NCBI GenBank assembly: GCA_013239625.1
Contig: MU054001.1
Span: forward strand, 2,362,151-2,426,150
Source: Lama guanicoe
Taxonomy: Eukaryota
Reading direction: 5' to 3'
DNA: 64,000 bases
A program made the position numbers and the translations under genes. Positions 47,637 to 61,475 of the stretch are shown here, piece after piece. The first letter of the stretch is position 1; each line of letters opens with the position of its first letter. Below the pieces are notes generated by a model. That model was not told where the DNA came from, did no database searches, and worked only from the letters and a program-made list of their open reading frames with translations.

Positions 47637-50600
47637 CATCAAAAAACCTTACGTTGATACTATACTCAAACACAGATTTAGTTAATGTTATGAGTATTTG
47701 GAACCCAGGCCATGAAGAAAAAAATGAAGAAATACCTCTCAAATAATTCACCAGGATGGGGTGTTGCATGTCCGTGTCGTTTGGAAGTAAATACCGCCTG
47801 GCTTCTTTTGAGCAGCTGTCTGCATCGCTAAGACTGGTGTGGGAGCACCTAATTCCCTTCTTGCCTACTGGCTTTCTAATTTTTCCCTTGTGATCATAGT
47901 TATAAAACCTAATTTCCAGGGGGTCTTGTGAATCACATTAGTAGCTTTGTGTTATAATAGCAATTTTATATTGCATTGGTATTCATTTTCACTATTATGG
48001 AATAATCAAATCAGCACCTCTCTTATTATGCCGTTGAAATAGAAAATAATGGACTGTAATGTAAAACTGCTAATGTGATGAAACTCGCTCATTGTGTTCG
48101 GGTAAGAATGTCCTCCTTTCTTGTTCCAGCTCACTTGAAACTGTGATTGAGGAAGGAAATGGAAAGTATTTCTACATCTGTGATAAGGCCCCGTGTATAT
48201 CCTGCATTTGAATACATAATTGTCTTTTTGTGGCTCTGGGGGTGCTGGTCCGCACACTCGGAGGCCTTCCCTGCCACTGGGGCGATGCTCTGGCTGGGGA
48301 GCAGGAGGCTGCGTGGACCAGTTTTATACCGCAGTCTCCCCTTTAATCACGAGTAACACTTGATATCTCTTTGCTTCCAGAGGAAATGTTTGCCCCCGCT
48401 TTCATGCTCATCCAGGCCTTCTTCTGGCTTAAAAAACAAACTAACAAATAAACAAATAAAAAACCGACTTAAAGAACACAGGAACACGTTGGGGCTTCAG
48501 AGTTAGAAAGTACAAGCCCCCCCAAAGGTTCTGATTTGACAGGGATGTTGGGAGGCAGGTCAAGTGACGTCCTAATGAAGATGAATGAAGAAAATTGCTG
48601 GTACCAGGATCATGCAGGGGCTCCCAGCCCAGGTTGTTGAAAGTGTGATGGAATCTCATCGCTTCATTTATCAGTGTCATATTTGGGCTAAAAGTGAGCA
48701 GTATTGTTCTCATTTCTCCCAGATGGATAGGTCAACTTTAATATTTATTGCTCTTGTAGAACATTTGTTTGATGTATTTCCATTAGCTAGGCAATAATAG
48801 AAACGCAGTGGAGAGAAACATAAAACAGTTCCCTTCCTATTCAGTTGAAATACAGCGCACACTCATGTATAACTACGGTTTGAAGTGCCATTGATTTCCC
48901 CCCTTTTGGTTGATGACATGATTGTATATATTAAAGATTCCCATGAAAATAATGGGGAAGCGGCATGAATATAATATATATTGAGAGCGGCTGGCGGGAT
49001 ATAAATTGTGTTGTCTTTTGATTTTCATGATTTGGTCCTATAATTGGTGAATTTCTCTTGGTTATATATTAAATCCTTAGCCCAGTATCACATTTTAGAA
49101 TTGGGAATAATGTGCAATAGGTCGCATCATCCTCTGGGTTCTACGGCAAATCTCAATAAAGCTAGAATTTTCTTCACATTGTAGAGCAAATTGTTTTCAG
49201 TCGCTGAATAATGTTGATTTTTTTTTCTTCTTTCTATCTTTGTGGGAGACAAATGCCTGGTTACACAAAGTCTTCTCCCATATGTTTTGAATATATTAAA
49301 GATAAGACCCTAAACATTCGAAAAGATTGGCTCCTGCAAGAACACGTAGCTCCCGATTTATTAGCTGATGCTCACATTTTGCAGGAATCTGAACATTGGG
49401 ATATTATTTTATGGCTGTGGAGCAAACCTAGCTCTTTGTGAGGTAGGTGTTGTCTTAAGTGCAAAGCAAACATCCTCGCCATATGTTTCTATAATTTAAA
49501 TTAATTTGGTACAGTCATACTGTTAATCTTTAGTGACTTGTTGATTGGCATTTTGCAGACATATTTCTGGAAGGCTCCCAATACCATTTTCTGCAGCCTT
49601 TCTGGCAGTAGCAAAGAGCAACATTTCCACAAATTGGAATCTTGTACAGCACTGGGAAGCAAGCCAAGATTTAAATTAGACAATAACCTCTGCTCTGTAT
49701 ATAGCTTCTATTCTTCAGCTGTAGGCAAAGTGATTTGTTTAAAACAGCCAGCCCTGTAGCATATAATAGACTGATATATGAGTCACTCCTTGGCAATGTG
49801 TGTTTCTTAAATTTATATAGATTGAACAACTAGTTGGTAATGTACTTAGTTACAGTTGTACAAACAATAACTATTAGCAGGGCTGAAACAGGCCTGGAAA
49901 AGCGCCACTGGCCCGGTGTTTGCGAGGATTCTGAAGAATTGCCGAATTTCAGAATAATTCCCTCTTTGGAGGCTGAAGGAGACTCTATTTCATAAACATG
50001 AATGTACTTTTTTAGCAAAGTAGCAGTAAAAGTTTTATGTTATAGTTTTCTGTTTCGCATTTTCTATTTGTTTAAAATTGAATTGGGGAACCTCATTTGC
50101 TTCAAAAATTAAACTTAACATCCGTCTGCATTTGGGCTGGGATAATTTGCTTGCAGGGTTTTTTTGGGGGGGGGGGGTGTTTTTCAACATTTGCTCTTTC
50201 TTTTAAAGAACATTGGTGTAAATACGTATTTTCCATTTTTTTCCCCAGGTTAGATTGTCCCTGACATTAACCGTTCATAGGCTGAAAGAGATCTTTCTGG
50301 ACAACAAAGATCTTTTCTTAAGGGAAAAGCTTGTGCTCCAAGTTCAGTTCATGTTTATTTAAAAGATTAAAATCATTAGACCAGATCTCACTTTTTTGTC
50401 CGAAAGAAAATTGATTTTGCTCCCCATAAAAGTGGGATCTGAAAGAGGATATTCAGGAATACGCAAATAGAGGCGATGGAGAAATCTGTTTGTGCAGCTG
50501 AACAAAGCAATTCTGTTTTTACCGCTGAACATTTACTTAGCCTCGGTGTGAAAATTTCTGAACAGGACTGTCACCTGTCTTTAGAAAGTACTTCTTTTGT

Positions 50601-51489
50601 AAGGCAAAGGGGATCATTTTGATCTGAAATGTTTTAATGCCTTTTTTTTTTTTTGCTTATGCCAACTCAAGCATTTATAAAATAACGCACCCTGTAAATA
50701 TTGAACAATACAAAGACATCTTTCATAACAGTTTATAGTGTGTTGCGTGTGCTCTGTGGAAGCCAAGCAGTAGTTAGTGGCAAATGATATGCCAATCAAA
50801 AATTATTATTGTGAGTATAACCTGGTATAGTGCAGTATCTTATCTGGAAGTGTCAACTTGATATAAGCCAACTCTTTGTCTTTTAAAGTTAAGCTCTTGT
50901 TTGCCCTCAGTTAATTCTGTCTCCCAAAGGCTCATTTGAATTGCATAAAGGATAATCTACTTGACAGTTTTATACATTTAAACAATCTTGATTATATGGT
51001 ATTTTACAGGTTTTTTTTTTTTTAAGCTCTCAGTTACTATTTTGTGTGGGCTTTTAAGTCTTTAGTTAGAAAAGAATGAGAGAAACTCGGGGGTAGAATT
51101 CGATACTCTTTCGTGAATAGCATTGAGTAAAACTGGATGGAGCGCCTCTTTTCACCGGCCCATGGTTCACGGTGGTAATATTTGATCGGTGTTGATGATG
51201 GGGTAGGGGTTGTTCTCACAGTTTCTCAGACCAAAATTCTAGTGAGAATAACTGGGAAAAAAAAGTCATACTCAAGTTTCACTCTACTGAAATAGACATT
51301 TATGAATAGTCTTTTACCCTCCCTCCGTGGTAATTCGGATAATTTCTAGATGAATTTTTTGGGGAAATTTCAGAATCAGGGGCCTTGTATAAGAATTTGG
51401 AGGTTATAAATGAATTTGGAGGTTATAAATGTGTGTGTGTGTATGTGGATGTGTGGATGTGTGGATGTGTGGCCAAGGGTGTGTATAAA

Positions 51490-51705
51490 CACTGTGGTGG
51501 TTAAGAGCATGCCACCTGGCCTCATACAGCCTGGTTTCCAGTCTGTGTCCACCACACATGCACGCGCTGTGTGACTTTTGAACTGGGTGCCCAACTTCTC
51601 TGAGAATCGGCTTCTGCATCGGCAACCAGAGGAGACAATAATAATACTTCCCTCACAGGGTTATGATCCGGGTGAAATGTACTGAAATACCAATAAATGT
51701 TGCTA
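51490..51705 (+). mobile_element. MIR SINE
   Basis: gtggttaagagcatg…gctgtgtgacttt…aacttctctgag…ataataatacttccctcacagggttatga…caataaatgtt. Confidence 0.75.
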
Positions 51706-51984
51706 GGAACGTGATCTGTCTTTTAGGTGGTTTGACAACCAGAGAGATTTGGGAAAGTGGGTCCGGAGCAGCGAGTACTCATTTTTCTTTCACTAGCAAG
51801 GTGTTTGATAATTATTAGTGGGCGGTCACATGGTGAGTCTCCGTATCTTCTGCAGAAATGAGTTTTAAAGACAAAATCAGGCATCAGGGAATTGCATTTG
51901 AGGAGCTAGGAGGCTCTTGGTTTCCAGAAGTACTTTCTGCACTCCTCACTTCTTTGAAGACTGTATTATGATGTCTTCATCATA

Positions 51985-52195
51985 TGATGTAAAAGGGGTT
52001 TCTTCACATCTCTCATCGGCTGATGGTCAGCAGTCCCATAAGGTCTGCATCAATGTTATCTCCATTGTCTAGGTGAGGAAACCAGAGCTGAGAATATTTA
52101 AGGAACTTATAAGGAGCTTACAGAACCCCAGCTGGTGGGTGGAATTTGAACCCACGTACCTCCAACTGCAAACCCATGCCCTCTTCAACCACAGC
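51985..52195 (-). mobile_element. MIR SINE
   Basis: ttatctccattgtctaggtgaggaaaccagagctgaga…ggaatttgaaccca…ctccaactgcaaacccatgc. Confidence 0.7.
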
Positions 52196-52852
52196 AGGCA
52201 GTAATCCTGTTTTTAGGAGAACCTTCTCCCTGGAAGAGCTGTTAACCACCTCTCCCTTTGTGGTGCTGAGCGGGGTGCTGTCATCAGCGAGCTAATTACA
52301 CCTTGTTGGCCATTTGGCATAAACTCTTGCACACGCTGGTGCACGACACAGGTGAGTGGTTTGTCACAGGAAAGCACGCAGGCTGAAAAAGCTTCCTTTC
52401 TCCTCCAGCGTGATATAACCAAGTTAGTGAAATAACTTTGCATCTGACGTAAGAGTACTGAATAAATATTTAAATTGATGGATGGATTGAAAGAGTCATG
52501 TGACCAGATACAAGTGAGCGTAATATAAACAACATGTGAGTGTTGAGAGGTGATTCTCGGTGGACATTTTTATTCGAGAGATGGATTTGATCAGAGATTT
52601 GAAGGACAAGACAGACACAGAATGATCTAAGTCATGTCCAACCACTGAGATGGCCTCAGAAGTTATGAGGAGATGAGCGAATAGGAGATGGTGATCCAGT
52701 CAGAACAGCCTAAAAGCTGTGAAAAACAGACCCCAGATGTATAGTGAGGGACATGTAATGGAGGCATATTTCTTGTTCACTCTGTGCAGTTCTGCGTTGG
52801 TCTAGTTGTCCGTGAAGCCAGGCTAGTGTAGGCTCCCTCATCTTTAAAAAAA

Positions 52853-53352
52853 ATTTTTTTAATTGAAGTATAATTGGTTTACAATATTGTGTTAATTTCT
52901 GGGGTACAACATAATGTTTCAATTATACATATATGTTCCTTTTCATATTCTTCTCCATTGTAGGCTGTTAGAAGATATTGAATATAGTTCCCTGTGCTAC
53001 TCAGTAGGACCTTGTTGTTTATCTATTTTATATACAGCAGTTTGTACCTGCAAATCCCAAACTCCCAGTCTATTTCTCCACCCCCACCACTGGACATGTT
53101 TGTTTTTTATGTCTGTGAGCCTCTTTCTGTTTTGTTAATAAGTTCATTTGTGTCATTTTTTTAGATTTCATATGTAAGTGATATTATATGGTAGTTTTCT
53201 TTCTCTTTGTGGGCTACTTCACTTAGTATGACTATCTCCAGGTCCACCCATATTGCTGCAAATGGCATTATTCCTTTCTTTTTTATGGCTGAGTAGTATT
53301 CATATATATATATACACACACACACACACATACCACATCTTCTTTATTTAGT
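52853..53352 (-). mobile_element. L1 3' end (about 500 bp, laurasiatherian/camelid type)
   Basis: Poly-T, then aattgaagtataattggtttacaat…tgaatatagttccctgtgcta…ttcacttagtatga…ttttatggctgagtagtattc…accacatcttcttta. Confidence 0.9.
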
Positions 53353-54434
53353 TGTCTTCTTTTAAGTGCCAACAACCAGCTAGGATAGAAGCAAAAGTAG
53401 AAGGTGGAGAAGCCACGCTTACTTCTGTACTGCTTTGGCCCAAAGCAACACCCATTCTGTCTGCTCACACTGTAGTGGTGAGAGCACGGGTGAGCACTAG
53501 TCCTATGGCCTGGCCAGTAATCCTACACTGTGGAGAGAGGAGCCTGACTTTTAGAAAATAATTGGCTAGAGCTGCCACATGTGACAAGAAGATTTGTTTG
53601 CTAGTCTTAGAGGGGTCTTTGGGGAGTTGGAGGAAGAGATTATCCAATTATTCTCAAAATTGTGTGTAGAAGGGTTATAAGGGAGTTTGGGATTATCAGT
53701 CGGAAAATATCTGCTCCTGAGATAGAAAATTCAAACCTTTCAATGTGGGTGAAGATAAATGTGTAAAGAGCATGTGCCTCCAGGAAGTTACAAACACTGA
53801 AAAGGCACCTGAAGGATTGACATTGGATTTAGGGGGTGTGGCAATGAGGGGAGAACTGTGTGGGTAATTGTGGGCTTACATGGCGAAGACTTTGGGAAAC
53901 AATTACCATCCTCCTGCCAAATAAAAGGGGAGATTTTGAAGGAAAGGGGGGAGGTTTCACGAGATAGAAGCAAAGACACTGGGTATTTGGATGAGAACGT
54001 ACATTGTCTAAACAAGACAGTTTTAAAGAAGATTCTGAGATGCACTGGAATGAAAATAAAGAATTTGGGGACATTTTCTTGGGAGAAAAAGAGAGGTTGG
54101 GAAGGACGAAAGGGAGTATCTAGAGTGGTCAAATATTTATAACCGAGTGTCTCTCTTTCCTCTTGCCAGTAAGTAATTCTCTTTAGATGATATTTGGCAT
54201 AAAATGTGCTTTACAGCTTCTCATCACCCTGCAGTTTATTTATGCATTTATTTTTTTAACCTCTCCTGGGAACTCATCACTACCACTTTTATGTTCTGGT
54301 CCAATTTATGGATATGCTGAACTTGAATAAAAACTGTAGCTCTCATTTTCCAAAGCGTCTGAGAGGAAGAGGGTGGATGTACATGTGGTGGGCGTGTGTG
54401 TGTGTGGATGTGTGTCCAAGGCTAAATATTTCTT

Positions 54435-54552
54435 TTTTTTTTTTCAAATTGACATATAGTCAGTTTACAACTTTGTGTCAATTCTGATGCACAGCATAAT
54501 GTTTGAGCCATACATACACATACGTATATTCCTTTCCCATTCTTTTTCATTA
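54435..54552 (-). mobile_element. Short 5'-truncated L1 3' end with perfect 13-bp TSD
   Basis: Poly-T plus L1 3' UTR, flanked by CTAAATATTTCTT at 54422-54434 and 54553-54565. Confidence 0.88.
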
Positions 54553-56049
54553 CTAAATATTTCTTAACATTACCTTACATTTATTTCTCTCTTTTACATT
54601 ATCCTGCACACATTGTCTAGAATAGTGTCCCAAAGCCTTATTTCCTTTGCCCCATTTGTAAGTCTCTGGTTTCAGTTGCCTCTGCCTTTTGCAGAAAGGG
54701 AGTCCTTTGCAGGTGTGAGTATTAACGAAGCAGAGAGAAGCTCACTTCTGTCCACTTGTTCTGTGTTCAGTGAAAGTACAAAGTCCATGTTTGTTTCACT
54801 TGTAAGTATAAAGGGGAAAAACCCACCTGTTTTGCCTTCAGAAAAGTTCTTTTGATCTGACTGTTCTCAGAACCAAAGCTGGAGTGAACTTGTTTTTTTT
54901 TTTTTTAGTTGGCTTGTCTGATCTACCTTGTGCCTCTCATGAAAACAAAATTGGGAGTTGAAAGAGTCTACTCTTGAGGAAGAAAAAATAAAGACGCTTT
55001 TCATCATCCTGCAAATCAGAAGCAAAGATATGGCCTTTCATTTTTCTTCTCATATCTGAAAACACCTGGTAACGTTCGGAGCCCTGCCTCAATTGGGAAG
55101 GGGACAAGTGACTTAGTTTTGATTGGCCATCTGTCTTAGGTCTCAGACACAGTGTATGAAAATTCAGTTCTTCATGAATGTTCTATATAAAAGGGAAGTG
55201 AAGGCATTTTTGTGTAGTTTTAAAAGTGACCAACAGCAAGAGCACCATTAAAAAGTTTTTAAAATATTGCCAAAGTAATTTGGTACCAAGATTCATGTCA
55301 CAGATCCATTTTGAGAAATAGATCTAATTTGCAAAGCCTGGAACAACTGAGGGAATAATATTCCAAGACCAGCCTCTGTCATGAAAAGGGGACCCAGCAG
55401 AACTGTTCAGACTGGAATTCTTTAAAAGCCAGACTTCCTCTGGCTCCCAGAAATGTGGCGTGTAGCCCGGAAGGCAGCTTAGCACGTGGCCGAGGGTGCC
55501 TACTTTCATGAGAACCAAGAAAATTTCTGAAAAATTACTATAGAACATTGAAACATACTGATGGGTCATCTTCTGATTTTTTATATGAAACCTCAACCAA
55601 AGAGTCTGTCTAGTGTCCACTCTTTAAGGATGGAGATCACACTATTGGTGACCTCATGGAGTCATTTATTCATTTGTGCAGGAAATACTCAACTCCCATC
55701 AAGTCCCACACTGTGTGTCCATCCAATACTTAGAACAAAATAGTAAAAAGGGATGCAATACCTTTGTGACATTCACAGTCAGGGGTGGGTCAAGTACATC
55801 CATCAAATAATTATTCCAAATATGTAAAAAGTTGTAACTCTGAAGCTCAAGCAACATCAGACACGGCACAAACACAGCATCCAGTAAATTTTGAGCTCTT
55901 GTAAGTATTACATAGTAAGTCCTACACTGGTGCTGCACCCAAATGAAAAACTTTGTCCCCACTTTTTTAACACAAATTCGAGGGACTAGTAGGCATCTTC
56001 AGCTATGCAATAAGACAGTTGAGTCTCCTGGAGGGGCTTAAAGCCTAAT

Positions 56050-57330
56050 TAGGAAGAAGGATGAAGAAACCAGTCCCACTCAGTGTGAAAGACACTCTGA
56101 GCATCTTGGCAGCACGTCCTGTCATGGTTGGACGGGATGAAGAAGGGGCACTTCTAGGAGAGAGACTGACAGAACTTAGAAGTGAAAGATCAGAGAAGTT
56201 AAGGGGGTGAGGTTGCCAGTGGCGAAGAGTGGCAGAAGGGAATGAGGCTGTGTATAGATAAGGCGGTGTAGACTTGTGAGTGGCCCTTTCCCCCGGCTGA
56301 TGAAAGGACTTTGTGATCAGTAAGCTGTGGGCATGATCAGAGTTCCATTTTAGAAGGCTAACCCCACTGAAAACTGGTGAAGTAAATGATGCTGGAGCCA
56401 TGCCTTGGTGTACGGTGTGGCTGTTAAAAATCACATCTTGGAATATAATGGCAAGGACAATGGTTATGGAATATCTTTAAGTTTAAAAAGTGTATTAAAC
56501 ATATACTTTGATCCCAGTTTTGTTTTAGCAATTATACATGTTGCAGAGAGGAAAAAACAAAAAAGATGGGAAAATATTAGGCCAAAATATTGAATGATTG
56601 AATGGTCATATTATGGGTTATGGGGTGAGACATGCTTTTTCTGTTAGTCATATTTTTCAGTATCTTCCATTTTTTTTTAACAATGTAACAAAAATGCTAC
56701 TTAGAAGAGAAACTGAGAGACGCTGTGCGGAGGATGAATTAGAAAGAAGCTGGAATCTGAGGGTTGGTAGGATTGACGTTGCCGTTAGAAAAAGCAATGT
56801 GAAAAACGCTGGAGAGCTGAGGACCTGATGTGGAAGATGAGAGAGGATCAGAGGTGATGTTTGGGGAGGGAAATATGCCTGAGATGGGTAAGGTAATCCC
56901 TGCACTGGATATGTTGAATTTGAGTTGTTGGTAAGACATTCATAGGGATATTCAGTAGGAGCTGGAAAATTGCAACTCAGTACAATAACAGATATTTAGC
57001 TGGAAGAGTGTTGGTGGTGGTTGATGCATTGGACATGATGCATTATCAGAGCGTGTGTTAAGAAGAAACTGAGAAATCTTCAGGGGAATAAGAAAACTGG
57101 CTGAGAGTAACTGTTTCCAAATGAGAATACTCTTTCAAAAAGGGAATGGTTGAAAGTGTCAGGGGAGTGAAAGCGATCATTTGAGACAGAGATGCTACAG
57201 GGAGGTGTCTGTGGGGTTTGGTCTTTGGGATTCCATGGTAGACTTCATGGTAGTTCATTAAATAGAGGAAGACAGATTGCAGGAGCTTCAGGAGAGAATG
57301 AAAGATCAAGGTGTGGAGAGGGAATCTGGG
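56050..57330 (-). mobile_element. Fragmented L2 (with other old repeat pieces)
   Basis: catgatcagagttccattttagaagg…ggatatgttgaatttgag…ttcaaaagggaatggttgaaagtgtca. Confidence 0.55.
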
Positions 57331-58019
57331 TTAATGGGGAGGGGAAAGGAAGGGAGATTAACATGAGGGGGGCTTGAGGGGGACATTTTTATATGTCCAC
57401 GGCAGAGGCGTGAAGTGGCAAAGGTTGAAGAATCAAACAAGAGGTAAATTGATAGCACGAAGTCTGGGTGGGAGTAGGATTTAGAGTTGAGGCAGAAGAA
57501 CACGTTTTCCTTGGCAAAGGAAGGAAAAGGAAAAGGATGATTTAAAGGTGCTGGTTTCGGGGCGAGAGTTGAAGAATTCACTTGATGACCTCTGCTTTTG
57601 TTGGTAAGGGACAAAGTTCTCTAGAGGAGGAGAGGGTGAGGACTGGCAGAACTGCTCTGGGAAGTGGGTCCACAGAGTTACAAAGGATTGCTAATAATAT
57701 AATACACCTAACAATATAGAGATGACACCTATTGGGGGAGAGAGATGTTTGGTGCTCGTGTGTCCATAGTCCTTTGTCTGTGTGTGTATGTATAGTCCCT
57801 AAGGAAGGCTCTGTATACATTTGTGAACAAATGAGTCAATCATTGTAGATTTGCCAACAATCTGGGGGACTCTATTTCCTGGAACCCAAGTAATACACCA
57901 AGATTTGATTCCTTTTTCCTTATTATGCAGTACTTTTGTGACCTGGGTTTTCTTTCTTTTCAGTTGGTGTGTTCTCTTCCACTAAAAAAAAAAGTTCATG
58001 TGAGAGTGAAAATTTAAAT

Positions 58020-58440
58020 CCAAATGTTTATGATGTCCCTTCTATGGGTGAAGCATTGTATGTAGCTGGTCTTACCAAAGAGTCATAGGGGACAAGATGG
58101 TCCTTGACCTTCAAGAGCTTCCAATGTGGTTGGGGGATGTGGGTGATAGGATAAAGCGTAGAAAGAATCCATCATTATCAGCAAATGCTGAGCATCATAA
58201 AAGAGATGGGAGGGAAGAGCTCTGAAGATTCCAAAGAGGAGAATGACTCTGGTGACCTAAGCTGGGAAAGGTTCCTGCAGGAGAGGTGGTGTTTGCATTG
58301 CATTCTGATGAATGCATGGAATTTCAACAGGAGGCCTCACTAGCTGGGGGCAGGGATGTGTTGGGATGCAGTGAAATGGAGCAGCATTTCAGATGGAGGA
58401 GATGGCCTGAAGCTGGGAAAGTGTGGGATGTGTTCAAGAA
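58020..58440 (-). mobile_element. L2 3' fragment
   Basis: aagatggtccttgaccttcaagagcttcc…gggaaaggttcctgcaggagaggtggtgtttg. Confidence 0.6.
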
Positions 58441-59577
58441 AGAAGACATACACCAGGAGGCTACATATGGAGAAAGTACAGTCAGTTGGTTACTCATTTT
58501 CAAGTTTGGGGACCTGGAAGTTCATCTTTTTCTTACTTAATAGAGCTGGCCAACCTCAGATGAAAGGGGAAAGATTCAAGGTAGATGAATTTCTTTCTTT
58601 ATACATATCAGAACCAGGGGGGAAATTGATTTTCTCTATTCATCACTGAATTTTTAATTCCAAAAATTACAGACCTGTAGGAATTCTTACTGCTTGCTCT
58701 TTAGACAAACTGTCAGTTTAATAGTGCCCCGACATCAACATTTGTCAAAACCAAATTGCTTGGTGAGAAATGGTTTCCAAGTTATTAGAAGTGTCCTCAA
58801 ATTTCCAGTTAGTATTTCACGCGTTAACTTTACAAAACCTAATCTGTTTCTCTTGCTTTTAAAACAATATTGAGAAGCAGGTGACAATGGCGAGTTCCGG
58901 GCTTCCAAATTTGATCTCCCAGAGCCGGAAACAGTCCTCTTAAGCCTTCTTCTAGATGCCATTTTCTTCTGAGCACATCTGGATAATTCCTCATATTTAA
59001 GGGTGTGGGTGAGTAAAGCTGGAGATGAGATATTTCTTGCTCCATTACGTGTATATTTAATTTTGAACTACCCCTATTTTAGAGTTGAGTATTGAGGTGA
59101 AATCGGTCTGCAGTACCTTTTAATGTGTGACATTTCCCAGCCCTGAAAGCGTATTGGGAAAACTCATTTTCCTCCCTTTTGCCACCACTCCCGATGAAGG
59201 GGATGCCTTTCCATCTCCTCTTCTGTCGCCTCTGACTCAGCTGCTCTGGTGGGGAGAGGGATGGGAATTAGAGAAGTAGGCATGGGACTGCCGTGAGCTT
59301 ATTGCCACCAGAAACCAGCAGTTTCTGGGCCGCATGGCTCTTCCAGCTCATTGGCAAACAAGGCATATTCAGTAATCCCCAAAGATGCATCTTCTGCTTT
59401 ATTATAGGAAAAATCTTCTTTTATCCATTTGTTCTAAGGGATTTTCCATTACAGACGTTTTTGGACCCTGTTTACCTATCGAGGGATAATTTATATGCTA
59501 AGGGCATAATGCTTCTAATTTTTTTCTCCCATAACAAATCAAAATCTTAGGATGGGCGCTCATCACATACATACATA

Positions 59578-59607
59578 TAATTAATTAATTAATTAATTAA
59601 TTAATTA
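59578..59607. repeat. (TAAT)7 self-complementary tetranucleotide repeat
   Basis: Direct reading. Confidence 0.95.
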
Positions 59608-59849
59608 CAACATTGATCTGACAACGTTAATTAACTTTCTCCGTATTTTCTCTATATAAGTAAAATCTTCCTTAGCCACAGCACTCCCTGCAGCTCCTTC
59701 ACTTTTCTCCTTCCCAAACCGGAGTTGAGTATTTGAGTTTCTTTTGGACAGGGTTCCTGGTCATCGCATGTGTGCCTGTATTGTCTTCACAGCTCCCTGA
59801 GGGCAGCTGGTACCTCCCCTCCCTCGTATTTCTGCCCGGCACCTTTTGT

Positions 59850-60810
59850 GAACGGCAAAGTGTCTTGGTGCCACTCAATCCAACAGATGTATTTCAGCTT
59901 CATCGTACTTGTGGCTTTTGCAGTATTTAACGGGATCCATCCGTCTCTTCTTATTGAAGTTTCTCTTGATGTCTGGAATCCCACCCTCTCCAGGCTGTCC
60001 TTCTACAACCCTTGCCACTCTTTCCTAGGCTCCTTTGCCAAGTCAGTGTCCTGGTTGTTAAATATTGGAGTTTGCTCAAGGTTCTGTTCTAGACCCCTTG
60101 TGTTTCCTGTCTCATTCACATCCATGGCTCCATCTAATATCTGCACCCATGAGTCTTGCAAAGATTGTCACCAAAAAAGTCTCTCTGTTCCAGACCTTCC
60201 TATAAACTACAGATTTTTTTTGGTCCCTCAATCCCAACACATTTAAAATGCATCTGTGATTCAGCCTACTCCCCCCGCCCCCACCCCCACTGCTGAGACT
60301 GGTTCTGTTCAGCATCCCCTGTTTGGACGAATGGCAATGCCACCCATCCAATCACGCAAGCCCCAGACCTTGCCATCTTCCTTGGCAGCAGCCCTCTCCC
60401 TTACCCTGTCTCAACGCATCATCCAGTCCAGGGGAAGTCCCTGGAATCCATCTACTACTCAGCTTTCCCCATCTTTACTCTCTACTCCTGCCATTCCTCC
60501 CTGAGTTCATGCTACTGTCACCTCTCATCTGGTCTGTTGCAATATTTTCCTTCTGGTCTACCAGCACCTATGCTAATCCATTCTGTACCCTGTATACTTC
60601 TTCATGGCATATTTCACAGGTGAAGTCTCACCAAATATTTCTGTCATCAGTTAATTGCTATCTTACCTCCCTGCTCTGGGCTATATGCTACATGGAAGAC
60701 AGGACCATCTGTTTGGGCTCATGTTGTAGTCTCAGTATTTTAGCAAACTCCCTGGCACATAGATGTTATCAGAATATATTTGTTGTAAGAAGGAGCAAAT
60801 GAATGAACAG
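59850..60810 (+). mobile_element. L2 fragments ending in the L2 tail
   Basis: aatcccaccctctcc…ttaaatattggagtt…aatggcaatgccacccatcc…cctggcacatagatg…atatttgttg…aatgaatgaa. Confidence 0.7.
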
Positions 60811-61475
60811 TAAAAATTGATCATTGCTGTTTCTTATTTTCAATATTTTTATTTATGTGCTTTGTGCTGACTGAGATGAGGAAAACCCTTCTTGAGCAGT
60901 TCCATTGTAAATATATTTTTTTTCTGGTTACAGAACTAGTAAGTGCTAATTTTAGATAACATTAAAAAAAAAGAAGAAGAAAAAATTATTTCACACTGTA
61001 TATGGTTTTGAATCATGGTTTTCTATTAAACCATGATCATTTTCCTATGTCATTAAAACCACTTTAGGATTATTTAAAAGAAAATCCACAAATTGAGACA
61101 TACAGCCTTTCTAGAATGTCTATATATGATGCAATATCATTCTTGGAAAGAGCTTGTTTGATGAAGTTTCTCAACACTATTGGAGTTCATAAGGTTTGAT
61201 GAGTATTAGACTCCCCTTAAAATATATTACATTTGTATTTTATTAATATTAAAACAATATTAAGATATTGTTTATTGTAAAAGATATGTTTTCTACTTCA
61301 GTACAGCTACTACTTTGTAAAGCTCTGTGTTGTCATCTGGTCCTTCCATCATTCAGATTTCTCAAGACCAGGGTGAAGATTCCTTGGTCAATATGTGTCA
61401 CAAAGCAACATTCGTGTGGTTCCAGATGACCACCTACAGCATCCATTTCAGATTCTATCATTAGAAATTAAATCT

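Noticed and set aside
59770..60802. 158-aa and 159-aa ORFs
   Set aside because: They lie within decayed L2 sequence and have no coherent protein features.
61012..61037. Perfect 10-bp hairpin ATCATGGTTT/AAACCATGAT
   Set aside because: Chance-level in AT-rich DNA of this length.
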